A stretch of DNA of 64,000 bases from Mobula birostris. Taxonomy: Eukaryota. Shown here one piece after another: positions 1 to 10,905 of this stretch (the stretch's first letter is position 1; every line of letters starts with the position of its first letter). The notes below the pieces were generated by a model. The model did no database searches, had not been told where the DNA came from, and saw only the letters and a list, made by a program, of their open reading frames with translations. The DNA is taken from the NCBI RefSeq assembly GCF_030028105.1, contig NC_092376.1:103972230-104036229 (forward strand). The letters run 5' to 3'. The position numbers and the translations under genes are program-made.

Positions 1-1296
1 CCTTTGTCTATTTAAGAAATGTACAAGCATGCCATGTCCTTGAGAAGTATCAACACGCTGCCGAAAAAATCATAACATCAATTGTCCATTAAATAATGCC
101 GCCTTTGGTCACCATAGCAACTTATGAGCTGTTCGGTGCCGTCTCCAACTCAGCAGAAATCCAAAAGTTACTTCCAGTGCCTTAAAGTGACAGTCCAACA
201 GTTAGTCTTCGTCGCTGTCTCTCGCGCGCTTCAAAAGCACAGTTCATAGGGGTAATCGAGCATGGTTTACAGGGTAATTCAGGACCCCGTCACAGTTACT
301 TTAATTTTTTTTTTTGAAAAAGAACCATTTTCCCAATGAATATGTTGGTGGTAAAAGAGTAGCTAATGGCAGTCAGGCACTTGATCCATTCCGGTTCAAA
401 CTTTTACGAGCTCTTATTGATGCTTTTAAAATTGTGATACTGGCTTGTAGCAACTCGCAATCGAATGCATGTTGCAATACTTCATGTGAATTTCTAGCTG
501 TGTTTCTGCTAGGTTACATGCATGCATAACAATGTGCTTTTATTGCTTACTGGAAAGGTTGCTTCCTCAAAAGAAGGTTACTAATAGAAGATTGCACTTG
601 GCACCTTTTTTGAAGTGGAGTAGTTGTATATTAAGTAATCTCGAAACATTACCTGCAAATTTGTTCAGATGTCTAATGCCATCATTTTCACCTTCTGATG
701 CAATTCTGATACTTTAACAAATCTAGAAAAATGTGTTGTCCTATTCTTAAATTGCACCATGTTGTCTTACATTCAATTCTGTGGGGTTGTGCCTGATTTC
801 ATATTCAAATAAATATTACACATTTAACCAATTATTCACAAACCTAAAAACTGAGAAGAACTTGTGGTTGATAATAAAGGATGCTTAATGCTCTGTAGCC
901 TGACATAAATTGGCCTTAATATTTTGATTGGAGTGTAATCATATTAATTGTTGACTACCCTTTCACTGGTTAAAAGAAAAATGAACCACTGGATTTAGAT
1001 GCTGGTATTTTATGTCCATATATTTGAACAGCACACCTGACAATCAAAAATGCATAACCCAACTGACAAAGTATTTTCTCAAGCAGTAGAAAAAATGATT
1101 ATTTGTTTCATGTTCTACTGATCCCCAAGCTGGCAGTAATTCAAACGTTATTTGTTAAAGATGGCCACAAGAAAAAAGCTGCAAGAACAAATTGTGTTTT
1201 AACTTCTCAAGGTTAATATTCACTTGAGTGAATCAAGCTTGTTAAATTCATATTTCGGAGTTTGTTCCGGTTACAAACAAACTCCAAGATGTTGAG

Positions 1297-2565
1297 AATC
1301 AGAACCAATTTTACTATCACTGATGTACGTTGTGAAATTTGTTGTTCTGTGGCAGCAATGCAGTCTGTGCAAGACGCACAAAATTACCCTACATTACAAA
1401 AAAACCCTGTAAAAATAAGAGTAGCGAGGTGGTGTTCATAGACTTCAAAACTTTGGGGCAAGATGGTGCCAGTGTACCACACTCCCTCGGTTGATATCTT
1501 CCAGATAGCTCATGAAAATGTGTTTTTTTTTACTTTTTATGTTTGTTTTTCACCTATAAGTGTATTTCTGGAACTGTTAGAGTATGCAATTTGCTGTTTG
1601 GAGATTGTTTGAGTGATCCAGCGCTTTGCTGTTTCCGAGAAGATTCTGGGAAGTGAGTACGTACTTGGATGGCCTCGATGCGAAGAAACTTTGAGACGGA
1701 GAGTGAGCTGATGTTCGACACCCATTTTGCCAGTTAAAGCATCCAGTAATTGCCGATTAAACGCCAAGGAAGATTGAGACATCAAGGCGAATGCGGAAAG
1801 TGAGAGAGTGTTCACTGCCTGCCTGCCTTTTGATCACTGCCAGACAAGGAATCTGTGAGTGGCCCATTGCTGTGTGGTTTGCTTTGGCTGGCAGGTAGAC
1901 CTCTCTGCCTTGTGTGGTGTCCCTCTCTTTCGATGAATGTCGGTGATACTGGAGGATGGTATCGTGGTTCAGCATTTATGGATTGGACCATTGTGTTTAT
2001 GGACTGTGGAATTTTTCAGACATGTTTTTTATATTTTTTTTTATTGCCAGTTCTTTTTCCATTTTGTTGTGCAAGGGGAGGGTGTTTGGGAGTTGATGTT
2101 TTGTTGTGTTTGTTTTTTTCGGGATTAATGTTCCTAGTTCTGTTTTGTGCTGGGATTTGGGTGGATGATGATTGGGATGCCGTTTTTTTTTGTATGGGTT
2201 GGGTGGGTTTGATGTTTCTGAATGACTTTCATGTTCCTTCTTTGTTTGGTGGCTATCTGGAGAAGACAATTTCAGACTTGTATATGGATACAGGCTTTGA
2301 TAAGAATAGAACCTTTGGAATCTGTTCCTAAAGCATTGACTGTGGGTCTTATGTCATTTCTGATGCTAGTACTGAGAAGGAGATATGTCCTAGACAGTGA
2401 TGTTTTGAAATGATGGATGCTACCACCTTGAAGATGTCTTTGGTGGGGAGGCTTGTGCCTGTGATGGAGCTGGCTGAGTTCATAACCCTGTGCAACCTCC
2501 TTCAATCCTGTGCATTGAGCCTCCACACTAGGTGGTGGTACAACCAGGGAGAAGGCTCTCCACGA
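1297..2565 (-). mobile_element. Rex1/Babar-type LINE 3' fragment, interrupted by an insertion at about 1455-2322
   Basis: GAATCAGAA tail and 3'UTR at 1297-1450 resemble the other Rex1 tails here (5823, 26137, 38968). Degenerate RT C-terminal sequence resumes at 2323-2565. Confidence 0.65.
1455..2322 (+). mobile_element. Non-coding non-LTR-type element, about 0.87 kb (CAAGATGG start, LINE-like tail)
   Basis: Starts CAAGATGGTGCC (1459) and ends TTGTATATGGATACAGGCTTTGATAAGAATAGAACCTTTGG. Internal similarity to 19300-20045 and to 54760-55530 on the minus strand. Confidence 0.6.
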
Positions 2566-3067
2566 TATTTCTAACCCACCCCTCCAGACACACCCTATCT
2601 CTAACAGACACTCCTGTGCCTGGTGTCACTTTATGGACATACAGATCCTCACTGACATCAGAAAACACTGTTGGATTAGTCACTGCTCCATCTCAATGTT
2701 ATATCTCCTAATCTCTCTTTTCTTTTGGTCAGGAGGATTATCCAACTGACCAGAAATTCTTAAGTACTGTATCTGTAATTCGAAATTGGTGAACTTTGAT
2801 CAACTCTAAGCTCCAACCCTGAGCTTGCTTCATCAACTGGTGGTGTGCAATCTTGACCTGGATCTAAGCTTTTGACTATATGTTCGTCTTCCACACTGGT
2901 GTCCACCCTTGATACTCCCATCAATACTTTTATTGCTTTTAAACACAACTGTTCTAATAACTTCATGGCAGGACTCTCACTTGAGCTTACCCAAAACACT
3001 GCAACCTAATTTCGCAATCTATACAGGTTCATTCATTAATCAGTTGTGCTTGCTTATTTACTTCACT

Positions 3068-3340
3068 ACAAGATGGTGGAGCAACTCGGCAGGTCAGGCA
3101 GTATCTATGGAGAGGAATAAACAGTCAAGATTTTGGGCCGAGACTCTTCATCAGGACTGGGAAGGAAGGGGGAAGAAGCCACTATTAAGAAGATGTGTGG
3201 AGGGGAAGGAGTACAAGGTGGAAGGAGATGGATGAAGCCAGGTCAGTGGAAAAGTGGTGGATGAAGTGAAAAATTGGTATGTGATAGAGGGAAAAAGTAG
3301 AGGACTGAAGACGGAACTGATGGGTGAGGAGAGTGGACAC
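3068..3340 (-). mobile_element. Penelope-like element 3' end with degenerate hammerhead
   Basis: Minus strand reads AGTCCTGATGAAGAGTCTCGGCCCAAAATCTTGACT, with GAAACGUC decayed, next to a purine-rich UTR like 60710-61000. Confidence 0.7.
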
Positions 3341-5154
3341 CAAAAGTAAGTAGTTGCTTATTAATGTTGACAGTTTCAATATCTTTAATGGGATCTTTTC
3401 TCCCATTAAGGTAGATTGTGTGTAATCTCAATCAAAACTGTATTCATATTTTACTATCATTTGGTCATTAAAAGCCTATCTGTAATTCTAAAATTATTAA
3501 GTTGTGGTTTTGTTTGTGAGGGTGCCATCCTTGTGTTGCTTTTTTCATCTGGATGTGTTTCTTTCCTCTCCTGAATGAGCTAGCTGTGATTGTCACGTCT
3601 GCTTGTCCTAGTTTCCTCTGGCAGCACAATGTTTTTGTTCTCTCTCCTTATCTTTTATCAATTCATTTCAAAATATTAAATAGCTTAATCAAATCACTCA
3701 GTAATCTATAGAATCTACAAACTGGCTTAATGCAATTTCCTCATGATTTTAACTATTGGTGATTTGGAAATGTTTCAGTGAAGTTCCACTTCATTTTCCA
3801 AGGATAATCTGGTGCACTCAAGACTTTGATGCTGGATGGTCAGATACTTCTGGATTACTAGCCCAAAACATTTATAATTCTTTGGTTAGACATTACACAG
3901 TGGTGGAAAGAGGGCCCTGGTGTCTTTCAAGAGTTCCCGGGAAGAATCACCCGCTGAACTGGTGCGAAACCAACAGATTTGTCAAATAATCAGAGTGCAT
4001 TATCAGAGGCTTACTGTAATGTGACATATTGTTTTCCATAGAAGTTCCCAAAAAGGAAACTAATTGTTAAGTGATATTTCTATACAGGGAGCTAATCCAT
4101 TTAAATCTGTCTGAGCTCCATTTTGGGGTTATAGTTGAGAATATAAAGAAATTACTAATAGTGATTGCATGAAATCTATTAACTTTCAGTTGTGAGACTT
4201 TGTCAAACTTTCTATCCTTTCCTCAGAGTACTTGTTACATTGTGTCTATAGGTAGAGAAGATCCTCTAATTGTCCATTCTTTATTTGCCTTTGCCCCACC
4301 CCTCCCTTCATCTTATTCTATTTCCTTGTATCTGTAGATTCTTCATTCCGATATCTGGCTTTCTTTAAATGTGTATGCAGTTTATCTCAGCTACATCTTG
4401 AATCATGCATTTTGAATTAATTTCGTTGCATTACCTTTTCAAGTTCGTGGTCTCTAGTTTGGAGTTTTTAGTCCCTCCTACCTTACATGTAAACTTTTAT
4501 TTTAAAGATCCTTCAAGACCTTCTGTTGGCCTCCTCTCAATTATGGTTCAGCAGTTTAATGAAAAGGTGTGCCGTGCTGTGTGGCCTTGAGCCATGCATG
4601 TCAAAAGTGATTCAATTTTTTGTCTGTCAAAGCATGTTAATTTCTGCCTGGTTCCTCATTCTTTTGAGTATCCTATCAGATTTCCTGTGACAGCACTTTG
4701 ATAAATCTGGTCCTAAAATTTTGTAATCATCAGATATAGAAGACGTCATGAAAAGAATTTAGTCTCCCCTGCTTCAGGCCAAGAGTCCTGATTGTTTTTA
4801 CCTGTATGAGATAGACAAGACAGGTGAGAAACTGAGCCTTGGATTTAATTTATTTGCTCAAGACATTGGGCACTTAACCACTGGTAAGAAGTTTTATTTG
4901 TAATTTTAAAATTAGACATCACAAAGCTGTGCATATTTCAAAAGTTCAAAAAGTTTAGCCTATGAAGTAAAACCCAAAGCAAATTAATATCGCATGCAGC
5001 CTGACCTATTGCGTATTTCCACCATTTTCTGTTTTTTTAAATCTCTGCAGCATATGCAGTTGTTTTTTTTCCAGGATATTTCACTTCTGAATGGACAGCA
5101 TAAGATTTTAGAATGCATAATTTTAAGATGAGAATTTTATTCTGCTCTGTACAT

Positions 5155-5822
5155 GTGGACTGATCTTCATGCAAGTCACAATAATAGACAAACACAATCT
5201 GCCCAAACTAATAACACACAGACCATTGTACCACCTCTAATCATTTAAACAATCACAGTCTAGGTTCAAAAAAGTAAGTGGATTCTGGGGTCAGGTCATC
5301 TACAAAAACCATCTGGAGCCAGCTGTTCCAAACAATGAGATAAGATTGGAGTTGTGTGTGGGGTTGTAGAGGTGCCCTGTTCTATTCAGGTTACTGACAG
5401 CCTGCTCTTCTCAAGAAAGGTCAGTTTATGTGCATTATACCTCGATCACGAGGACTTCAGAAGAAGAATTGTGGAGATGCATGAATTGGAAAAGGCTACA
5501 AAAGCATTTCTAAAGACTGGAGTGTTCATCAGTCCACAGTAAGAGAAATTGTCTACAAATAGAGGAAACTCAGTACTGTTGCTACTTTCCCTGGGAGTGA
5601 GCATCCTGCAAAGATCACACCAAGAGCAGAAAGTGCAATCTCCAATCCTTGCTAGAGTCTCTGTTCATGTGTCATCCATAATAAGAAAAACACTAAACAA
5701 GAATGGTGTTCATGGAAGGACACCAAGGAAGAAATCACTGCTGTCCAAAAAAAAACATTGCTGAACATCTCAAGTTTGCAAAAGACCACCTGGATGTTCT
5801 ACAACACTTTTGGAACAATGTT
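5155..5822 (+). mobile_element. Tc1-like DNA transposon fragment (N-terminal DNA-binding half of transposase, frameshifted)
   Basis: Across frames: EDFRRRIVEMHE..KGYKSISK..VHQSTVREIVYK..HPAKITPRA..NKNGVHGRTPRKKSLLSKK..HLKFAKDHLD..FWNNV. Cut just before the DDE domain by a Rex1 tail. Confidence 0.85.
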
Positions 5823-6790
5823 CAGAATCAGAATCAGATTTATTATCACAGGCATGTGATGTGAAATTTGTTAACTGAGCAACAGCAGTTCAATGTAATA
5901 CCTAATCTAGCAGAGAATAAAAAATAATAAACCAAAAAGGTAAATCAATTACGTATATTGAACAGATTTTTAAAAGTGCAAAACCAGAAATATTGTATAT
6001 TTAAAAAAAGTGAAGTAGTGTCCAAAGATTCAATGTCCATTTAGGAATCGGATGGCAGAGGGGAAGAAGCTGTTCCTGAATCACTGAGTCTATGCCTTTG
6101 GGCTTCTGTACCTCCTGCCTGATGGTAACAGTGAGAAAAGGGCATACCCTGGGTGCTGGAGGTCCTTAATAATGGACGCTGCCTTTCTGAGATACTGCTT
6201 CCTAAAGATGACCTGGGTACTTTGTAGGCTAGTACCCAAGATGGAGCTAACTAAGTTTACAACATCCTTCAGCTTCTTTCGGTCCTGTTCTTTAGCCCCT
6301 CCATGCCACACAGTGATGCAGCTTGTCAGAATGCTCTCCATGGTACAACTATAGAAGTTTGAGTGTATTTGTTGACATGCCAAATCTCTCCAAACTCCTA
6401 ATGAAGTATAGCCATTGTCTTGCCATCAATATATTGGGACCAGGTTAGATCCTCAGCGATCGTGACACCCTTGAAGCTGCTCACTCTCTCCACTTCTGAT
6501 CCCTCTGAGGATTGGTATGTGTTCCTTTGTCTTACTCTTCCTGAAGACCACAATCAGCTCTTCTGTCTTACTAACGTTGAGTGCCAGGTTGTTGCTGTGG
6601 CACCCACTCCACTAGTTGGCATATCTGACTCCTGTACGCCCTGTCGTCATCACCTGAGATTCTACCAACAATGGTTGTATCGTCAGCAAATTTATAGATA
6701 GTATTTGAGCTATGCCTAGCCACACGGTCACGGGTATATTAGAGAGTAGAGCGGTGGGCTAAGCACACACCCCTGAGGTGCAGCAGTGTT
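5823..6790 (-). mobile_element. Rex1/Babar LINE, 5'-truncated (RT C-terminal part, 3'UTR, GAATCA tail)
   Basis: ORFs give APQGCVLSPPLYSL and FYSCTMESILTSCITVWHG..LFSLLPSGRRYRS; KFADD lies at about 6680. Tail CAGAATCAGAATCAG. Confidence 0.9.
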
Positions 6791-6826
6791 AGTCCTGACG
6801 AAGGGTCTCGGCCTGAAACGTCGACT
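6791..6826 (+). ncRNA. Minimal type I hammerhead ribozyme (PLE-associated), intact core
   Basis: Stem I AGTC/GACT, CUGACGA at 6795-6801, stem II GGGU-CUCG-GCCU, GAAA at 6815-6818, palindromic ACGU stem III, predicted cleavage after C6822. Confidence 0.8.
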
Positions 6827-6925
6827 GCACCTCTTCCTACAGGTGCTGCTCGGCCTGCTGCGTTCACCAGCAACTTTGATGTGTGTTGCTTGAATTTCCA
6901 GCATCTGCAGAATTCCTGTTGTCTT
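6791..6925 (+). mobile_element. PLE pseudo-LTR fragment (hammerhead plus 3' tail) abutting the 5' end of the Rex1 copy
   Basis: Near-identical to 18181-18279 and to the reverse complement of 60604-60708. Ends with the tail TGAATTTCCAGCATCTGCAGAATTCCTGTTG. Confidence 0.85.
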
Positions 6926-8469
6926 CATCCTGTTACTGTTTTACTTTGTTCTACCGGAATGCACTGATGTTAGGAATTGAGCTGTATGCGTGGTGTGTAA
7001 GGCATATTTTTCACTGTACCTCAGTACATGTGACAATAATAAATGAATTTACTGATTTATAGAGTTGTAGGGATATACAGCAACTATATGCCTGCACGCC
7101 TTGGTCCCTCTTTTCCACAGTTCTGCCACTTACTATGTAATTCCTGACCTATTTTGTCTTGTCAAAATTAAACACCTCGCATTTATCTGAATTAAACATC
7201 AGATACCATTCCTTGGCCTATTACATAGTTGGAATTGGAATTGATTTATTATTGTTACACATACTGAGATACGGTGAAAAGATCATCTTGCTGATCAAAT
7301 CATTACATAGTGCATTGAGGTAGAACAAGGTACAACAATAACACAATGCAAAATAATGTGTTACTCCTACAAAGAAGATGCAGTGCAGGTAACAGTAAGG
7401 TGTAAGATCACAACGAGGTAGATAGTGAGGTCAAGACAAGATCTTAACATACAAGGTTATATTTCAGTTGTATTATAGCAGTGGGTTAGCTGTCCTTGTG
7501 CATGGTGGTACATGTTTTCAAACTTTTGTATTTCTGCCTAAAGTGGGTAAGTTCTTTGATCAAGATCCTGTTTATAATTCATAAATCTTCGGTCATTAGT
7601 CGATAAAGGAATGGCATTACTGGCACAGATAAGATGAAATTGCTGTACAGTTTAATTTGGGCAGTTGCAATAGCATTTTCCATGGAGACACTTCTAAAGT
7701 TGTTTAAGGTCCATAAATTCTCTACATCCTGAGAAATTCAGTTGATTGTGTGTCTGATTAGATTTAGATTAATTTAAGAGACTTTATTGGGTTAAAAAGG
7801 GTAGTTGATCTTATTTTGATCACAGCGAAGCATTTCAGCTGAATAATGAGTCATCTAAGTGTTAGAAGTTTAGCTGCAGAAGGTCCACTGTGATGTAGTG
7901 GTAGTTGGTTCGATCCCATTCACCAAGATTGGCCTAGTCCCAGATAGATATAATTCTCCACATTAATTCGTAAAGCTAAGATGTAGTTTTGGATTAAAAA
8001 AGAGGTATCTGTAGTTTAAAAAAAAACAGCATTCAGATAAGAGCTTGGTTTCATCAAGCTCACTGACTTGTAATGTTCTCAGATGTTGCCTGATCTGAGC
8101 ATTTTCCAGCATCTGCTGCTTTTATTTCTTTTCAACATAATGTGTTGGCTAACAGCAGGGCACTTTAACAATGCTTATTCCTTCATGTGATCCATTTTCT
8201 CAGTATACTCCACTTTATTTCACATTCCATTTCATTGTTTCATCCCTTTTTTAAAAAAAAGTGTTATGAATTCTGTTGCAAAAAAAATTCCATGTCTATA
8301 GCCATCATTTGCAATTTTTTGCCATTATATTGCTATTGTCACATAAACTACCAGTTCTACACATTACTTATTGTAGAACTCAGACCAGTACAATATAGGA
8401 GCAGGCCATTCTGCCTATGATCTTTGTACTGACCAGAGCAATTCAGGCTAATGGTGATAGGGAATACAA

Positions 8470-9085
8470 TAGATAGGAGCTTCTGTGGATATGAAAGAGA
8501 CTCCTGGATGTATGTTGCCTCTTAGGTGAACAGGCAGACAGGAGCGATGGTCATCTGGCATTAAAAGGTTATGGATAAAAGAGGAAATGTGCGCCTGGAA
8601 TCAGAGGAAGTAGGGGATTTGCATTCACCGGTGAGGGGGTAAGACAGGCTGATATGCTGGAGCATGTCGCCATTAAAGAGGATGTGTTGGAACTTTTGGA
8701 AAAAGTGGATATACAAGTTACTGGGGCCATGGGGCCACATGGATATATTCCAGTTTACTATGGAGAGAATGGGAAGAGATTGCTGCACCTTGGTGATGAT
8801 CTTCACTGACCACAGGAGTACTGCCAGATGATTGGAGGGTGGCAAATGTCCTTCATTTGTTCAAGAAAGGACGTAAGAATAACCCTGGGAATTATAGACT
8901 AGTGAGTCTTCAGTGCTGGGCAAATTATTAGAGAATTTTTAGAGACAGGATTTGCAAACATTTGGGGAAGCATGTGAAGAGCAGGTCATGCCCCATGAGC
9001 CTGATTTTAATTATTTGAGTATTTGAGAATGTGACAACACACATTAATGAAGGTAGAGCAGTGTTGGAGCTTGTGGACTGGTGTA
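8470..9085 (+). mobile_element. Degenerate CR1 LINE fragments
   Basis: Similar to the CR1 at 14514-16812, e.g. CAAGAAAGG..AATAACCCTGGGAATTATAGACTAGTGAGTCTT (PGNYR.VSL). Confidence 0.7.
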
Positions 9086-9094
9086 AATACAATA

Positions 9095-9370
9095 CCTGAG
9101 TCTCAATGTGGACAAGACTAATGAGATGTTTGTGAACTTCAGGAAGGTGCAGGCTGACCATTCCCTATAATGGCCAACGGTGGCTTCTCCATGCACTGTC
9201 AGGAGCACCAATTTTCTAGGCATGCATATTACTGATCTCACCACTCTCTACCGGAGCATCATAGCGAGTATTCTAACCAGCTACATCACCACCCCATATG
9301 GGAATTGCAATACATCAGATCACAGGACCCTACACCTGATAGTGAGGACCGCTGACAATATCATTATCTT
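9095..9370 (+). mobile_element. Degenerate Rex1-type RT C-terminal fragment
   Basis: FLGMHIT..LTTLYRSIIASILTSYITTPYGNC. Confidence 0.7.
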
Positions 9371-9390
9371 GCCTTTCTAGTGTAGACATA

Positions 9391-9530
9391 CAGTGTGCTA
9401 GAAAGTTTGTGGACCCTTTAGAATTTTCTCTGTTTCTGAATAAATATGACCTAAAATGTGATCTTATCTTCACGCAAGTCCTAAAACTAGATAAAGACAG
9501 CAGAATTAAATAAATAACACAGAAACATTA
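9391..9530 (+). mobile_element. Tc1-like terminal inverted repeat end
   Basis: TA followed by CAGTGTGCTAGAAAGTTTGTGGACCC. ATCTTCACGCAAGTC..AATAACAC resembles the left arm of the Tc1 at 5155-5230. Confidence 0.55.
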
Positions 9531-9539
9531 TGCTTTGGC

Positions 9540-9855
9540 AGAAGGCGCTTAGCTGCTTGTTGAAGTGGTCTCCCAATCTATGTCGGGTCTCACAGGAGGT
9601 GTAGTGGCAGGTGTGGTACTGATGTAGGTGAGCACAAGAAGAATCCTATCACTGGTGTGGGGGCAGGAGGATGGGGAGAGGGCAGGCAGACCTGCGCGAA
9701 GTAAAAGAGATGTAGGTGAGGGCAGCGTTGATGGTGGAGGAAGGGACGCTCCTTTATTTGAAGGAGGACGTCATTTCCTTAGTTAATGTGGTTTCTCTTT
9801 TCATAGATGCTGTCTGATATGAGTATTTCAAGCATTTTGGTTTTGAATTCCAGCA
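9540..9855 (-). mobile_element. Old PLE fragment with inverted tail
   Basis: Resembles the PLE at 50401-51435 and is followed by CATAGATGCTGTCTG..AGCATTTTG..TTCCAGCA in the opposite orientation. Confidence 0.5.
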
Positions 9856-10329
9856 TATACACTGTTACAATTTTCGTTTACTGTGATGGAAACAAATCTG
9901 GAAGCAAGATTTTGGTTAATGAAGCAGTACTATTCAACATTGCTACAGGATTCCCTAATTCAGTTTTTCCTGGATAATGGGAATAGGAGTCGATTGTCGA
10001 AAGCAAAAATGCTATAAATGTAAAAGAGATAGGAGAAATGCTGGGAATACTCAGCAGTGTTCTTGCAGGTATTTGCAGAAAAATAATAAAATACAATAGA
10101 AACTATGCATAACAAAGACAATCAACTGATGTGTGAAAGAAGACCATTTATAAAAGATAAATAATACTGAGAACTGAGTTGCAGTGCTCTTGAGAACAAG
10201 TCTATAGATTGCGGAGTCAGTTCAGTGTTGAGGTGAGTGAAGTTATCCACACTGGTTTAAGAGCCTGTTGGTTTTAGGTTAATAACTGTTCCTGAATATG
10301 GTCATATGTTAACTAAGGCTCATGTCTCT

Positions 10330-10905
10330 TTCTGGCTATCCATCCCATAGGATGGTGATAGTTCCTTTCGTCAGTTAGTGGGGAACCCCACCCTGCGACT
10401 GGGCCTGTATACTCTGGAATTTAGAAGGCTGAGAGGGGATCTTATTGAAACATATAAGATTATTAAGGGATTGGACATGCTGCAGGCAGGAAGCATGTTC
10501 CCGCTGATGGGTGAGTCCAGAACCAGAGGCCACAGTTTCAGAATTAGGGGTAGGCCATTTAGAACAGAGTTGAGGGAAAACTTTTTCACCCAGAGAGTGG
10601 TGGTTATATGGAATGCTCTGCCCCAGAAGGCTGTGGAGGCCAAGTCTCTGGATGCTTTCAAAAAAGAGCTGTTAAAGATAGCGGAATCAAAGGTTATGGG
10701 GATAGGGCAGGAACTGGATACTGATCGTGGATGATCAGTCATGATCACAGTGAATGGCAGTGCTGGCTCGAAGAGCCGAATGGCCTACTCCTGCACCTAT
10801 TGTCTCAGAAAGGAGCAGCATGTGCGTGAATGGATTTTAGGTGAGTAGAGGGTTGCACAGGTCCAGACCCACCCTCTCGACATCCCCTCCCGGATCCAGC
10901 GGCAT
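10330..10905 (-). mobile_element. Probable RTE-tailed short element, itself split by a CR1
   Basis: Minus-strand end CACCATCCTATGGGATGGATAGCCAG resembles the RTE tail CCATCATCC..GGGATAGCCAC at 38293-38320. It interrupts the Rex1 sequence. Confidence 0.4.
10398..10805 (+). mobile_element. CR1 (HER1-like) LINE 3' end
   Basis: LGLYTLEFRRLRGDLIETYKI..TRGHSFRI..FFTQRVVVIWNALP, then 3'UTR ending GGCCTACTCCTGCACCTATTGTCT. Confidence 0.9.

Noticed and set aside
1855-2331. 158-aa hydrophobic, Cys/Phe-rich ORF
   Set aside because: It is a compositional product of the TG-rich body of a non-coding repeat and is not conserved in the other copies.
7891-7917. tRNA-like A box (TGATGTAGTGG) and perfect B box (GGTTCGATCCC)
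   Set aside because: The boxes are only 5 nt apart and there is no cloverleaf; at most a deleted SINE head.
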